Source of the DNA: an uncultured Chloroflexia bacterium
GTDB lineage: Bacteria > Chloroflexota > Dehalococcoidia > DSTF01 > JALHUB01
Direction of reading: 5' to 3'
DNA length: 64,000 nt
Assembly: GCA_963703345.1 (NCBI GenBank)
Contig: OY969814.1
Span: forward strand, 1,440,001 to 1,504,000
Below the pieces are notes generated by a model, which was not told where the DNA came from, searched no databases, and saw only the letters and a program-made list of their open reading frames with translations. The position numbers and the translations under genes were made by a program. Position 1 is the first letter of the stretch, and every line of letters starts with the position of its first letter. Shown here one piece after another: positions 48,272 to 57,977 of this stretch.

Positions 48272-49705
48272 ATGGCAATGGTAAGTTCCAGCGAATACCG
48301 GCAGCGGCTGCTGCGAATGCGCCCTAACGTGTACATAGACGGCGAGCTCGTGGGAAGGGACGACCCGCGGCTCGAGCCCGGCATCAACGTCATTGCGCAG
48401 ACCTTCGACCTGGCGACGGAGCCGGAGTACGAGGGCGTCATGACGGCAACTTCCCACCTCAGCGGCGAGAAGATCAATCGCTTCACCAACATTCATCGTA
48501 GCGTCGAGGACCTCCTCAACAAGCAGAAGATGACCCGCCTCTTCTGCCAGAAGCTGGGCGGCTGCGTTCAGCGCTGCATGGGCATCGACGCCACGAACGC
48601 GCTGTCAGTCGTCACTTACGACACCGACCAGAAGTACGGCACGGAGTACAACAAGCGCTTCCTCAACTGGCTGGCGAACTTCCAGAAGAAAGACCTGGTC
48701 GGCAACTGCGCCCAGACCGACGTGAAGGGAGACCGCAGCAAGCGCCCGCACGAGCAGGTCGATCCGGACCTGTACCTGCGGGTCGTGGAGAAGAAGTCGG
48801 ACGGCATCGTGGTGCGCGGCGCCAAGGCGCACAATACGTGCGGGCCCTACGTCGACGAGATCATCGCCGTGCCGACGCGCTTCCTGACGCCGGAAGAGGG
48901 CGACTGGGCGGTGGCCTTCGCCATTCCTGCCGATTGGGAGGGCGTTCACCTGTCATGTCGCATCGCCTCGCCGCGGCCCCGCAAGCGCCTCGATGCGCCC
49001 CATGCGCACTACGGCGACGTCGAATCGTTCACCATCTTCGACGACGTGTTCGTCCCCTGGGAGCGCGTCTTCCTCTGCGGCGAGAGCGAGTTCGGCGGGC
49101 AGCTCGCCCTCCTGTTCGCGCTCTACCATCGTCATAGCTACTGCGGCTGCAAGCCGGCCGTTACCGACATCATGATGGGCGCGACGGCTCTAGCCGCCGA
49201 GTACAACGGCGTGCCGAACGCCCAGCATGTCAAGGGGAAGCTGGCGGAGCTCATCTCCGTGGCGGAGCTGGTCTACGCGGCCGGCATCGCCGCGGCGGTG
49301 ACCGGCAAGCAGGCGCCCTCCGGGACGTATGTGCCGGACGTCATCTACGCCAACGTCGGCCGGCGCCACGCCGGGCTACACATCTACCACGAGCACGAGA
49401 CGGTCGCGGACGTCGGCGGCGGCCTCATCGCGACCCTGCCCACAGAGGGCGACTTCTACAACGAGGTCACCGGTCCGCTGCTCAACAAGTACATCATGCG
49501 GAACCCGAAGATCTCCGCCGAAGACCAGCACCGTCTCTTCCGCTTGATGGGCGACTTGGTCTGCTCCGGTCTTGGGAGCGTGCAGCAGATAGCCGGCATT
49601 CACGGCGGCGGCTCGCCGGTGATGGAAGAGATCGCGATTCTCGGCGCCTACGACATGGAGGCGAAGAAGGCGCTGGTAAAGTACCTGGCGGGGATCAAGG
49701 ACTAG
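48272..49705 (+). CDS. 4-hydroxybutyryl-CoA dehydratase-like protein (AbfD / HpaB fold)
   Basis: C-x3-C (GCVQRC), TDVKGDRS, RGAKAH, HRHSYCGCK Fe-S ligands, HGGGS. Confidence 0.85.
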   Translation: MAMVSSSEYRQRLLRMRPNVYIDGELVGRDDPRLEPGINVIAQTFDLATEPEYEGVMTATSHLSGEKINRFTNIHRSVEDLLNKQKMTRLFCQKLGGCVQRCMGIDATNALSVVTYDTDQKYGTEYNKRFLNWLANFQKKDLVGNCAQTDVKGDRSKRPHEQVDPDLYLRVVEKKSDGIVVRGAKAHNTCGPYVDEIIAVPTRFLTPEEGDWAVAFAIPADWEGVHLSCRIASPRPRKRLDAPHAHYGDVESFTIFDDVFVPWERVFLCGESEFGGQLALLFALYHRHSYCGCKPAVTDIMMGATALAAEYNGVPNAQHVKGKLAELISVAELVYAAGIAAAVTGKQAPSGTYVPDVIYANVGRRHAGLHIYHEHETVADVGGGLIATLPTEGDFYNEVTGPLLNKYIMRNPKISAEDQHRLFRLMGDLVCSGLGSVQQIAGIHGGGSPVMEEIAILGAYDMEAKKALVKYLAGIKD

Positions 49706-49779
49706 CGCCTCGACGGCTGCAACCCGGCGACGTCGATCTGAGCTGGAGCGCTCTTCCGCAAGGGAGCGCCGCCTCGCTG

Positions 49780-50616
49780 CTAGCGCATCAGCACAACCAG
49801 AGCCAGCACGAAGATCGCCAGCCCCAATCGATAGGCCACGAACGGGTAAAACGTGTGCGTCCGCAGGAAGCGCAGCAGGAAGCCTATCGTAAAGTACCCC
49901 GTAAGCGCCGCCAGCGAGAAGCCGACGACGAAGAACGCCAGGTCCTCGCGACCCAACGTGCCGTGGTGCGCCTCTTTCAGCGCATCGTACACGCCCTTCG
50001 CGCCGGCCCCGGCGACAATGGGCGCCGACAGCAGGAAAGCGAACGTCGCCGCCTGGGCGCGGTCCAGCTTGGCGAACAGGCCCGCCGACATAGTGATGCC
50101 AGAGCGCGAGACGCCCGGAATGACCGCAATCGCCTGCGCTATGCCGACGAACAGCGCTTCCTTCGGGCCAAGTTGCGTCGCGCGCAGCTTCCGGGTGCCC
50201 CAGACCTCCGCCATCACGAGCACGCCGGCGAAGATGATGAGCATGACAGCGATCGTGACCGGCTGACGCAGCTTGTTCTCGATTGTGCTCTCGAAAAAGA
50301 AGCCGACGAATCCCCCCGGCACCGTCGCCAGCGCGATAAGCCAGGCCAGGCGCGAGTCGATGGTCAGGTCCCAGTCGCGCTCGCGGATGCTGGCAATCCA
50401 GGCCGCGACCAGGCGCACGATCGTCCCCCAGAAGAAGATGAGAATGGCGAGCAGCGTTCCCAGGTGGAGAGCCGCGTCGAAGGGCAGCCCCAGCCGGCTC
50501 TCCGACAGGCCGAGCGCCTTCTCAAGCAGGATCAGGTGCCCGGTAGACGAGACGGGGAGGAACTCCGTCAGCCCCTGCGCGATCCCTAAGATCACGGCCT
50601 TGATCAAGTCGGGCAT
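49780..50616 (-). CDS. uppP: Undecaprenyl-diphosphatase
   Basis: QGLTEFLPVSSTGH, PGVSRSG. Confidence 0.96.
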   Translation of the reverse strand: MPDLIKAVILGIAQGLTEFLPVSSTGHLILLEKALGLSESRLGLPFDAALHLGTLLAILIFFWGTIVRLVAAWIASIRERDWDLTIDSRLAWLIALATVPGGFVGFFFESTIENKLRQPVTIAVMLIIFAGVLVMAEVWGTRKLRATQLGPKEALFVGIAQAIAVIPGVSRSGITMSAGLFAKLDRAQAATFAFLLSAPIVAGAGAKGVYDALKEAHHGTLGREDLAFFVVGFSLAALTGYFTIGFLLRFLRTHTFYPFVAYRLGLAIFVLALVVLMR

Positions 50617-50646
50617 TTTGTCTCCACAGGGGCCGAGAGTTTGCTG

Positions 50647-51432
50647 CTAGGGTCGCGCCGCTCGCAACCGTTGTGTCAGGGCGGGCATGGATTCGCCGGC
50701 GGGGGCTCGCAGCACGACCTGACAGAATGGCGAAAGGGGCGTCTCTTCCGGATTGACTTCGATCAGCGTGGCGCCGGCCCGCAGGGCGATCAGCGGAAAC
50801 TCGGCCGCCGGATAGACCACCGCCGACGTGCCGACGAGCAGCATGCAATCGCAGAGCCCCGTGTGGTCGTGGCAGGAGCGCAGCGCGTCTACCGGTATCG
50901 GCTCGCCGAACATGACCGTGTCGGTCTTGAGGATGCCGCGACAGTCCGGACAGCGCGGTGGCACCTCGTCAAGAGGGAATCCCTCTAGCGGGAAGCGCGC
51001 GCCGCATTCAATGCAGCGCAGCTTGAAGCGATTGCCGTGAATCTCGGTAATCGCCGTGCTGCCGGCTTCCTGGTGCAGATTGTCGATGTTCTGCGTGATG
51101 ATGTGCTGCAGGAAGCCGAGCCGCTCCATCTCAGCCATCGCCTGGTGCGCGGCGTTGGGCTTCGCGCCGTCCAGCGCCTTCATAAACTCCGCCAGGTCGT
51201 CGCGGTCGGAGAGACGTTCCTCCCACCAACCTTTCGGGTCGTCCATGAAGCGCTGATAGCCGCTCATGGCCGGCTCGCCGATCTTCGTCCAGATGCCGCC
51301 GGGGCCGCGGAACGGCGGGATGCCGCTTTCGACCGAGATGCCGGCGCCGACGAGCGCGACGACGTAGTTTGAAAGCGCCATGAGGCGCGCGGCGTCATCC
51401 AGCCCTGTATCGAGCTCGTTGCTTGTGGACAT
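50647..51432 (-). CDS. cobB: NAD-dependent protein deacylase (sirtuin)
   Basis: GAGISVESGIPPFRG, TQNID, EIHG, two CxxC, GTSAVVYPAA. Confidence 0.93.
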   Translation of the reverse strand: MSTSNELDTGLDDAARLMALSNYVVALVGAGISVESGIPPFRGPGGIWTKIGEPAMSGYQRFMDDPKGWWEERLSDRDDLAEFMKALDGAKPNAAHQAMAEMERLGFLQHIITQNIDNLHQEAGSTAITEIHGNRFKLRCIECGARFPLEGFPLDEVPPRCPDCRGILKTDTVMFGEPIPVDALRSCHDHTGLCDCMLLVGTSAVVYPAAEFPLIALRAGATLIEVNPEETPLSPFCQVVLRAPAGESMPALTQRLRAARP

Positions 51433-51636
51433 AATCTTGCTGAAGCCCTTTAACCCATCATAGCGCTGCGCCGGTGGCGTCTCAAGCAGTCGCGACCGGT
51501 CGGAGCCCTAGCCGCGGACTGCTCCCACATGACGGCCCTTTCCGCCTCGGTCATGTCGGCGGGGAAAGTCGGCCGCGGCGGGTTGAGCTTCAGGAAGAAG
51601 TGGGTGGTGCCAGGGCTCGCGGCGCTCATCGCGGTT

Positions 51637-52386
51637 CTATTTCCAGCCGCTGCGGGCGCCGGCGGTCATCGCCAGCGGGCCCACCGGCCAGTTGAAGCCG
51701 TACACCATCGCCTTGTTGATGTCGTCTTCCGTAGCGACGCCCTCTTCGAGGATCTTTCGCGCCTCGGCCACAGCCGCGTAGTAGATTCGATTCGCGACGA
51801 AGCCGTACTTTCCCGGCGCGTCCTTCACGCGAATGGTGACCTTGCCCGCCTTCTCGCCGACCGCCTCCAGCCGGCGCACGGTCTCTTCCGACGTCTCGGG
51901 AGTGCTGATGATCTCGACAAGCTTCATCGCCGGCACGGGGCTGAACCAGTGCATCCCAGCGAAGCGCTCCCTCCGTGAGATGGCCTGGCTCAAGTCGGCG
52001 AGGGCGAAGCCCGACGTGTTGGTGGCGATTATCGCGTCCGGCCGGACGAGGGCGTCCAGCTCGGCGAATACCTTGCGCTTCAGGTCGAGGTTCTCGGGGA
52101 TCGCTTCGATCAGCAGGTCAACATCGCGCAGGTCTGCCATGTTCGTCGTAAAGGCAATCCTGGCCAGCGCCGCTTCCATTTCGGCTTCCGTCAGCTTGCC
52201 GCGCTGCACGCCAGCCCGCAGCCCGAACCGCCCGTCGACAATCGTCTCCCGCGTTTTGTCGAGGAGCTCCGGCGTCAGGTCGCGCAACACCACTCGATAG
52301 CCCGCGACTGCCAGCACTTGAGATATGCCGCCTCCCATCACGCCGCCGCCCATCATGCCTACCTTCGTTATGTCCTCTGACGCCAT
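51637..52386 (-). CDS. 3-hydroxyacyl-CoA dehydrogenase family protein
   Basis: GGGVMGGG, EAIPE, TNTS, GMHW, GFVANR, PVGP. Confidence 0.9.
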   Translation of the reverse strand: MASEDITKVGMMGGGVMGGGISQVLAVAGYRVVLRDLTPELLDKTRETIVDGRFGLRAGVQRGKLTEAEMEAALARIAFTTNMADLRDVDLLIEAIPENLDLKRKVFAELDALVRPDAIIATNTSGFALADLSQAISRRERFAGMHWFSPVPAMKLVEIISTPETSEETVRRLEAVGEKAGKVTIRVKDAPGKYGFVANRIYYAAVAEARKILEEGVATEDDINKAMVYGFNWPVGPLAMTAGARSGWK

Positions 52387-52426
52387 GTCTCCTCCCATTC
52401 TCTCGGCGGGCCATCGCCGCGCCGTT

Positions 52427-53734
52427 CTACGTGCAGATTCGCCGCACGATCTCGTACAGCATCCGGACTCCCGTCGCCAGCTTCTCGACGGGGATTCGCT
52501 CGTCGTTGCCGTGTATCGTCGCTAGCTCTGCCGGCTCCAGCAGGCAGGGAACGAAGCCGTACGCAGTGACGCCGCGTCGCCGGAAAGCGCGCGAGTCCGT
52601 AAAGCCCGTCGCGATCGACGGGACGACGATGGCGTCGGGCACGACCTCAAGCGTGACCGCCTCGATGGTCCGGAACAGCTCTGTCTCCGCCGGCGAGATC
52701 GGCGTGTGCGACTCCATTACCTGCTCTATCTCGACTTGCGGGTCGCCGATCACAGACCGCACCTGCTCGATGAACGTCGCCGGGTCATGGCCGGGCAGCA
52801 GCCGGCAATCGAGCGTCGCCTCGGCGACCGAGGGGATGACGTTGGCTTTGACGCCGGCGTTGCACATCGTCGTGCTAACCGTGTCCGTCAGCAGCGCCGC
52901 AAGCAGCGGATTGCCCTCGGCAAGGCGGGCCAGCGCCGCCTCCGATGTCTCTTCGCCGGCGAGGCCGGCTTCCCGCAGGCGCTCCAGCATCGCCCGCACC
53001 TCCGGGAGCAGCTTGACCGGCCGTCGCCAGGACTGGACGTTGTAGAGCGCTCGGACCAGCCGCTCCAGGCAGTTATCCGCGTGGGGCACCGAGCCGTGTC
53101 CGGGCGCGCCGTGGGCGACGAGCCGCAGCCATAGCGGTCCCTTCTCGCCGATAGAGCAGGAAAAGATAGGACGCCGCAGTCCGAACATCTCAGTGCTGCC
53201 GTAGCCGCCCTCATTGATGACGTACTCGGCGTCGAACAGCTTCGGGTGGTTGGCGTCCAGCCAGTCGATGCCGCGGATGCCGCCTTGCTCCTCGTCGGCG
53301 CAGGCGAGGAAGAGGATGTCGCGCTGGAGCCGCAGCCCCTGGCGCTTCAGGATAAGCAGCGTCATCAACTCCATGACGCCCATCGACTTCATGTCGAGGG
53401 CGCCGCGGCCCCAGATGATGCCGTCCTTGACCAGCGCCGCGAAGGGGTCGACCTGCCAGAAGTCGCGCTCGGCGGGAACGACGTCGATGTGGTTGAGGAG
53501 GACGAGCGGGCGCTTCGAGCCGTCGCCGTGCAGCCGGGCCGCCAGGTTCGCGCGCTCCGGCTCCGAGGCGTGCGTCTCGCTGGCGATGCCGTTGTCTTTG
53601 AGCACGCTTGCCAGGAACTCGGCGCCGGCGCACTCGTTGCCCGGCGGGTTGCTCGTGTCGATGGCGATGTAGCGGCAGAGGAGGTCCGTCGCCTCGCGGC
53701 TCATAGCCTCCCAGTCGGTCCCTGCTTCGCTCAT
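52427..53734 (-). CDS. M20 family metallopeptidase/deacylase
   Basis: HIDVV, GRGALDMK, DEE, GHGS, HGNDE. Confidence 0.92.
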   Translation of the reverse strand: MSEAGTDWEAMSREATDLLCRYIAIDTSNPPGNECAGAEFLASVLKDNGIASETHASEPERANLAARLHGDGSKRPLVLLNHIDVVPAERDFWQVDPFAALVKDGIIWGRGALDMKSMGVMELMTLLILKRQGLRLQRDILFLACADEEQGGIRGIDWLDANHPKLFDAEYVINEGGYGSTEMFGLRRPIFSCSIGEKGPLWLRLVAHGAPGHGSVPHADNCLERLVRALYNVQSWRRPVKLLPEVRAMLERLREAGLAGEETSEAALARLAEGNPLLAALLTDTVSTTMCNAGVKANVIPSVAEATLDCRLLPGHDPATFIEQVRSVIGDPQVEIEQVMESHTPISPAETELFRTIEAVTLEVVPDAIVVPSIATGFTDSRAFRRRGVTAYGFVPCLLEPAELATIHGNDERIPVEKLATGVRMLYEIVRRICT

Positions 53735-53858
53735 GCAGTCTCCACCGTTCGCCGAAGTCGAGCGCATCATAACGCCTGTGCCGCTAAAGCTGTAGCAGCG
53801 CCTTCTGTCGCGGCACTGTGACTCCCGCCGCGTTCTTGGAAAAAGCTGACGAAACCCC

Positions 53859-53910
53859 TTGACATGATCGCCATATCTAGCTAGGCTATATATCTAGCGA
53901 GGCTAGCTAT
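53859..53910 (+). promoter_or_regulatory. padR-arsM promoter with tandem operator-like repeats
   Basis: TTGACA-N17-TAGGCT overlapped by ATATCTAGCTAGGCTA (53873) and ATATCTAGCGAGGCTA (53890). Confidence 0.75.
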
Positions 53911-53929
53911 CAGGAACGCGGGAGGAGAC

Positions 53930-54349
53930 GTGGAAGCGCGCAGCAACGACTACTGGGAGATGCTCATCAACCGCAGCGTGCAGCGGTTCTTCCTTCTCTT
54001 CGCCCTGCACGAGCGCCCGCGCCACGGCTACGAGCTGGCCCGCGCCATACGCGAGGCTTGCGCCGGCTGCTGCGATCCTACCGACGCCATGATCTATCCG
54101 GCCCTGCGAGAGCTGGTCAACGGCGGCTACGTCGATTGCCGCGACGAAGTCGTCGGCGGGCGAACGCGCAAAGTCTGCCAGCTCACCGACAGGGGCGAAG
54201 AAGCGTATCGCGCGGCCGCGACGGCCTGGCAGCACATGCTGACGCCGCTGAACCGCGCCATCGATGCCGCGCTGCAATCATCGACGAAGAAAGCGACTTG
54301 CTGCTCTGGAATGGCAACGAAACGACCTGCGAAGTCGAAAGGAGACTGA
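53930..54349 (+). CDS. PadR-family regulator with vicinal Cys pairs
   Basis: HGYEL...IYPAL..L...RK...LTD.G; CAGCC and TCC. Confidence 0.9.
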   Translation: MEARSNDYWEMLINRSVQRFFLLFALHERPRHGYELARAIREACAGCCDPTDAMIYPALRELVNGGYVDCRDEVVGGRTRKVCQLTDRGEEAYRAAATAWQHMLTPLNRAIDAALQSSTKKATCCSGMATKRPAKSKGD

Positions 54350-54350
54350 C

Positions 54351-55157
54351 ATGCCCGAGAACAACGCCGAAGACATCAAGCGGGCGGTCCTGAGCCGCTA
54401 CAGCCTGCACGCCCAGCGACGCCTCGCCGCGCTCCAGGAGACCGGCGGTTCGTCCTGCTGCGGCGCGCCGTCCCCCGAAGTAACGAGTTGCGGCTGCGGC
54501 GAAAGCGACGCCCTCGCTGACGCCAACGTCGCCGGGATGCTCTACTCCGCCGAAGAGCTGCGCGACCTGCCGGAGGACGTGCTCACCTCGCTCGGCTGCG
54601 GCAATCCGACCGCCATCGCCGCTCTCAGCGAAGGCGAATCGGTGCTGGACCTGGGCAGCGGCGGCGGCCTCGACTGCTTCCTCGCCGCGGGGAAGGTCGG
54701 GCCAGCGGGCAAAGTCGTCGGTCTCGACATGAGCGCCGACATGATTCAGCTCGCCCGTCGCAACGCCGGCCGCATCGGCGCTGAAAACGTGCGCTTCCGC
54801 CTCGGCGAGATGGAGGACATGCCCTTCGACGACGGCTCCTTCGACGTCATCATTTCCAACTGCGTCATCAACCTCTCGCCGGACAAGGACGCCGTCCTAG
54901 GCGAGGCGCACCGCGTCCTGAAGCCCGGCGGACGGCTGCGCGCCTCCGACATCGTCTGGACGCGAGAGCCGACGGAGCAGCAGCGAGCGGACCTCGAAGG
55001 CTGGACCGCCTGCGTCGCCGGCGCCCTCACCGATGCCGACTACGTCGCCAAGCTGCGTGTCGCCGGCTTCGAGGACATCCGCGTCGAGCCGAAAGAGGGC
55101 ACGGCCCCGGACAGCAGCCTCTTCAGCGCCTATATCTCCGCGGAGAAGAACCGCTAA
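54351..55157 (+). CDS. arsM: Arsenite S-adenosylmethionine methyltransferase
   Basis: SCC, LGCGNP, LDLGSGGGLD, ISNCVINL, W..CVAGA. Confidence 0.92.
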   Translation: MPENNAEDIKRAVLSRYSLHAQRRLAALQETGGSSCCGAPSPEVTSCGCGESDALADANVAGMLYSAEELRDLPEDVLTSLGCGNPTAIAALSEGESVLDLGSGGGLDCFLAAGKVGPAGKVVGLDMSADMIQLARRNAGRIGAENVRFRLGEMEDMPFDDGSFDVIISNCVINLSPDKDAVLGEAHRVLKPGGRLRASDIVWTREPTEQQRADLEGWTACVAGALTDADYVAKLRVAGFEDIRVEPKEGTAPDSSLFSAYISAEKNR

Positions 55158-55178
55158 GCCGCGCTGGATCCACGAAAC

Positions 55179-55433
55179 CTAGTTGATCGGATGACCGCAG
55201 TTGGGGCAGGCCGTAATGGGTCCGCCTGGAGAAACGATGAGCCCGAAGGTGGAGTGGCACTTTGGGCATGTGTAATTGGCCAGAGATTCAGGAGCGGTGG
55301 GACCCGTTGCCGGGACGAGAGGACCGCCACAACGCGGACAGTCGCGTTCGGCCTGGCCCACCTGGACGAGCGCGCCAAAGGTGCTGCCACATCGTGTGCA
55401 TCGGTACCCAAAGCTAACGTTCGCCTCGCTCAT
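55179..55433 (-). CDS. Double zinc-ribbon protein (four CxxC)
   Basis: CTRC, CPRC, CPKC, CPNC; ATGA overlap with the HNH gene. Confidence 0.8.
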   Translation of the reverse strand: MSEANVSFGYRCTRCGSTFGALVQVGQAERDCPRCGGPLVPATGPTAPESLANYTCPKCHSTFGLIVSPGGPITACPNCGHPIN

Positions 55434-55894
55434 TTCTCCCCTCCAATGTCGATACCTGTTACCCGTTTTGCGTCGGAGGCATCCACTATTACTTTGGTGC
55501 CAGACTTTATGCGTGTGGGCTTTCTGATGCGCGCTCCCGCCACATCGTCAGCGTTCTGAGCCCGAACCGTTATCTCCCCCGCCAGTTCGCTCACCGTGCC
55601 TTCATCTAGATGACGAACGTACTCCTCGTGTGCAGCTTTTTCTCGTTTTAGTCGTTCAACGGTCCACGCATTGATGTCCCCGTCGACCGTGCTGTGGCAA
55701 TTTGGGCACAATAGAATCAGGTTTTCATAGGCGTTCAAGTCCCGAGGGAGCATATGCGGATCGGCCCTCGGCCCACCTGCCTCACGGGCGAATATGTGAG
55801 CCTCCTCCAGCTCAACCTCCGAGTGAGGACGCTTGCACAGCGAACACATACCGCGGGCTAGACCCCAGAGCTTCTTGCGATCGGATTGGCGCAT
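55430..55894 (-). CDS. HNH endonuclease with short beta-repeat C-terminal tail
   Basis: CSLC, EAHI...GPR, NLILLCPNCH. Confidence 0.88.
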   Translation of the reverse strand: MRQSDRKKLWGLARGMCSLCKRPHSEVELEEAHIFAREAGGPRADPHMLPRDLNAYENLILLCPNCHSTVDGDINAWTVERLKREKAAHEEYVRHLDEGTVSELAGEITVRAQNADDVAGARIRKPTRIKSGTKVIVDASDAKRVTGIDIGGEK

Positions 55895-56171
55895 CGCCGT
55901 TACTCTACCACGATACGAGTTCGTTAAGGAATAGCGTTTTCAACTAACACTGATCGGAATCTCACCCCAAGTTGTGGGTGGGGAGAAACGGACAGCCGCC
56001 CTCATGAGGCCCAGTAACCCGCCCCGTTCTCCCGGACCCGTGTCTGCCGCCGCTCTCTTCCGGCCGGCCGACTGCGGCTTCTCCCTGTTCTTGACGACTA
56101 TCTGTACGGCTGCCACAATACGACAGCCCTCCCGTAGGCCGCGCTGTGGCCCTAGCGAAAGGAACGGGGAC

Positions 56172-56996
56172 ATGGTCAAGAAAGCACTCATCCTCGCCGG
56201 CCTGCTGCTCGTAGCCCTGGCCGTTGCCTGTGGCGGCTCATCGAAGTCGTCGGAGAAAAACGACAACAGCGCCACGACCGCCGCGACGAGAGAGGCCGCG
56301 CCCACGTCGAAAGCCGCGCCTAGCGCGGAGGCGACCGCCAGCGGCTCCTCCGATAGCTCCTTCAACCCCCTCAGCTTTCTGACGGGCGATCTGTTCGGCG
56401 CCGACGCGCTGGCGGCGGAAGCCGCGGTTGTGGGCGAGGCAGACCCGGACCTGAAGGCGGTCCTCCTGACCGAGAGCGACCTGCCTTCCGACTACCAGGC
56501 CGCCGCCGGTGACATGGGCTTCACGATGGACATGCCCGACGGCCAGATGAAGATGGCGATGCGCTCGCTCGCGCAGGGCGGCTCCGCCGAATCAGGCCCA
56601 GTCGTCATGTCGGCGGCGATGACTCTGCCCGCCTCGGAGCTGTCGAAGTTCAATTCGCAGCTTGACCAGCTCGACCAGATGTCCACGGTCGACTTGGAAC
56701 AGCAAATGACCGGCACCTCGGCCCTGGGCATGGCGTTCAAGGACTTCAGTGTGAAGAAGACCGACATCGGCGACGGCGGAGTTTCGATGCACATAGTCAT
56801 GGACATGAGCGGCCTGGCCCAGGCCTTCGGCGGTAGCTCCGACCAGTTGGGCGCGTTCCAGAGCGGCATCGCCTTCGACGCCTACGTCTTCAAGCACGGT
56901 GACCGCGTCCTAATGACGATGTCGATGTGGCCGGCGGGCCAGGACGCGCCCGTCGACGCCGAGGCGCTGGCGAAGAAGATGGACTCGCGCGCCTAG
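56172..56996 (+). CDS. Lipoprotein of unknown function
   Basis: Lipobox LAVAC, Ser/Ala/Thr linker; promoter TTGACG-N17-CACAAT upstream. Confidence 0.85.
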   Translation: MVKKALILAGLLLVALAVACGGSSKSSEKNDNSATTAATREAAPTSKAAPSAEATASGSSDSSFNPLSFLTGDLFGADALAAEAAVVGEADPDLKAVLLTESDLPSDYQAAAGDMGFTMDMPDGQMKMAMRSLAQGGSAESGPVVMSAAMTLPASELSKFNSQLDQLDQMSTVDLEQQMTGTSALGMAFKDFSVKKTDIGDGGVSMHIVMDMSGLAQAFGGSSDQLGAFQSGIAFDAYVFKHGDRVLMTMSMWPAGQDAPVDAEALAKKMDSRA

Positions 56997-57020
56997 GCGC
57001 CCCTACGATTCGCACCCACC

Positions 57021-57060
57021 GAGGCCGCGGGGCGGAACGGCGTCCCGCGGCCTTTCTTTT
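57021..57060 (+). terminator. Intrinsic terminator
   Basis: AGGCCGCGGGGC...GTCCCGCGGCCT followed by TTCTTTT. Confidence 0.75.
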
Positions 57061-57128
57061 GGCCCAATCTCGCCTCGGTCCGCTTCGTGGCATTTCCGTG
57101 CAAAAACTGCATAAAACGCCAATAAGTC

Positions 57129-57157
57129 TTGACACCGTCTCGGGCGCATCCTATAGT
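57129..57157 (+). promoter_or_regulatory. Sigma70 promoter of the suf operon
   Basis: TTGACA-N17-TATAGT. Confidence 0.8.
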
Positions 57158-57209
57158 TGGGGTAGATAGGCGCGCTTTCTCGAAGGAAGCGATAGCAAGG
57201 TGGTGTCGA

Positions 57210-57977
57210 GTGCCCGCGAAAGAGCCTTTCTTCAAGATCGACAATCTCCACGTCAATGTCGAGTCCCGCGAGATCGTCAAAGGCCTCAGCCTGGAAGTCG
57301 GTCGTGGCGAAGTGCACGCGATAATGGGCCCCAACGCCTCCGGCAAAAGCACCCTCGCCAACGCCATCATGGGACACCCGCGCTACGAGGTGACCGCGGG
57401 AAGAGTGCTGTTCAAGGGCGAAGACATCACATCGCTCGGCTCGGACGAGCGGGCCCGCCGTGGTCTCTTCCTCGCCTTCCAGTACCCGCTGGCGATTCCC
57501 GGCGTCACGATGGTCAATTTCCTCCGCACGGCGCTGCGTGCTGTCCGCGGCAGTGACGTGCCGGTCCGCGAGTTCCGGGCGATGCTGCATGAGACCATGG
57601 CGAAGCTGAAGATCGACGAGGACTTCGCCCGCCGCTACGTCAACGATGGCTTCTCTGGCGGCGAGATGAAGCGGGCCGAGGTGCTGCAAATGGGCATCCT
57701 CCAGCCCGACATGGCGATTCTCGACGAGACCGACTCCGGCCTGGATATCGACGCCCTCCGCACCGTCTCCGAAGGCGTCAACAGCCTGATGAGCAAGGAC
57801 CGCGCCATGCTGGTGATCACCCACTATCAGCGCATCCTGAACTACGTTCAGCCGCAGTTCGTCCACGTCCTCTTCGACGGGCGCATCATCAAGTCCGGCG
57901 GCCGCGAGCTGGCCGAGGAACTGGAAGCGGAAGGTTATGAACGCCTTACCGGCGCCGCTTCGGAGGTGGCTTCATGA
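57210..57977 (+). CDS. sufC: Fe-S assembly ATPase SufC
   Basis: [31 protein letters not shown]. Confidence 0.96.
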   Translation: MPAKEPFFKIDNLHVNVESREIVKGLSLEVGRGEVHAIMGPNASGKSTLANAIMGHPRYEVTAGRVLFKGEDITSLGSDERARRGLFLAFQYPLAIPGVTMVNFLRTALRAVRGSDVPVREFRAMLHETMAKLKIDEDFARRYVNDGFSGGEMKRAEVLQMGILQPDMAILDETDSGLDIDALRTVSEGVNSLMSKDRAMLVITHYQRILNYVQPQFVHVLFDGRIIKSGGRELAEELEAEGYERLTGAASEVAS

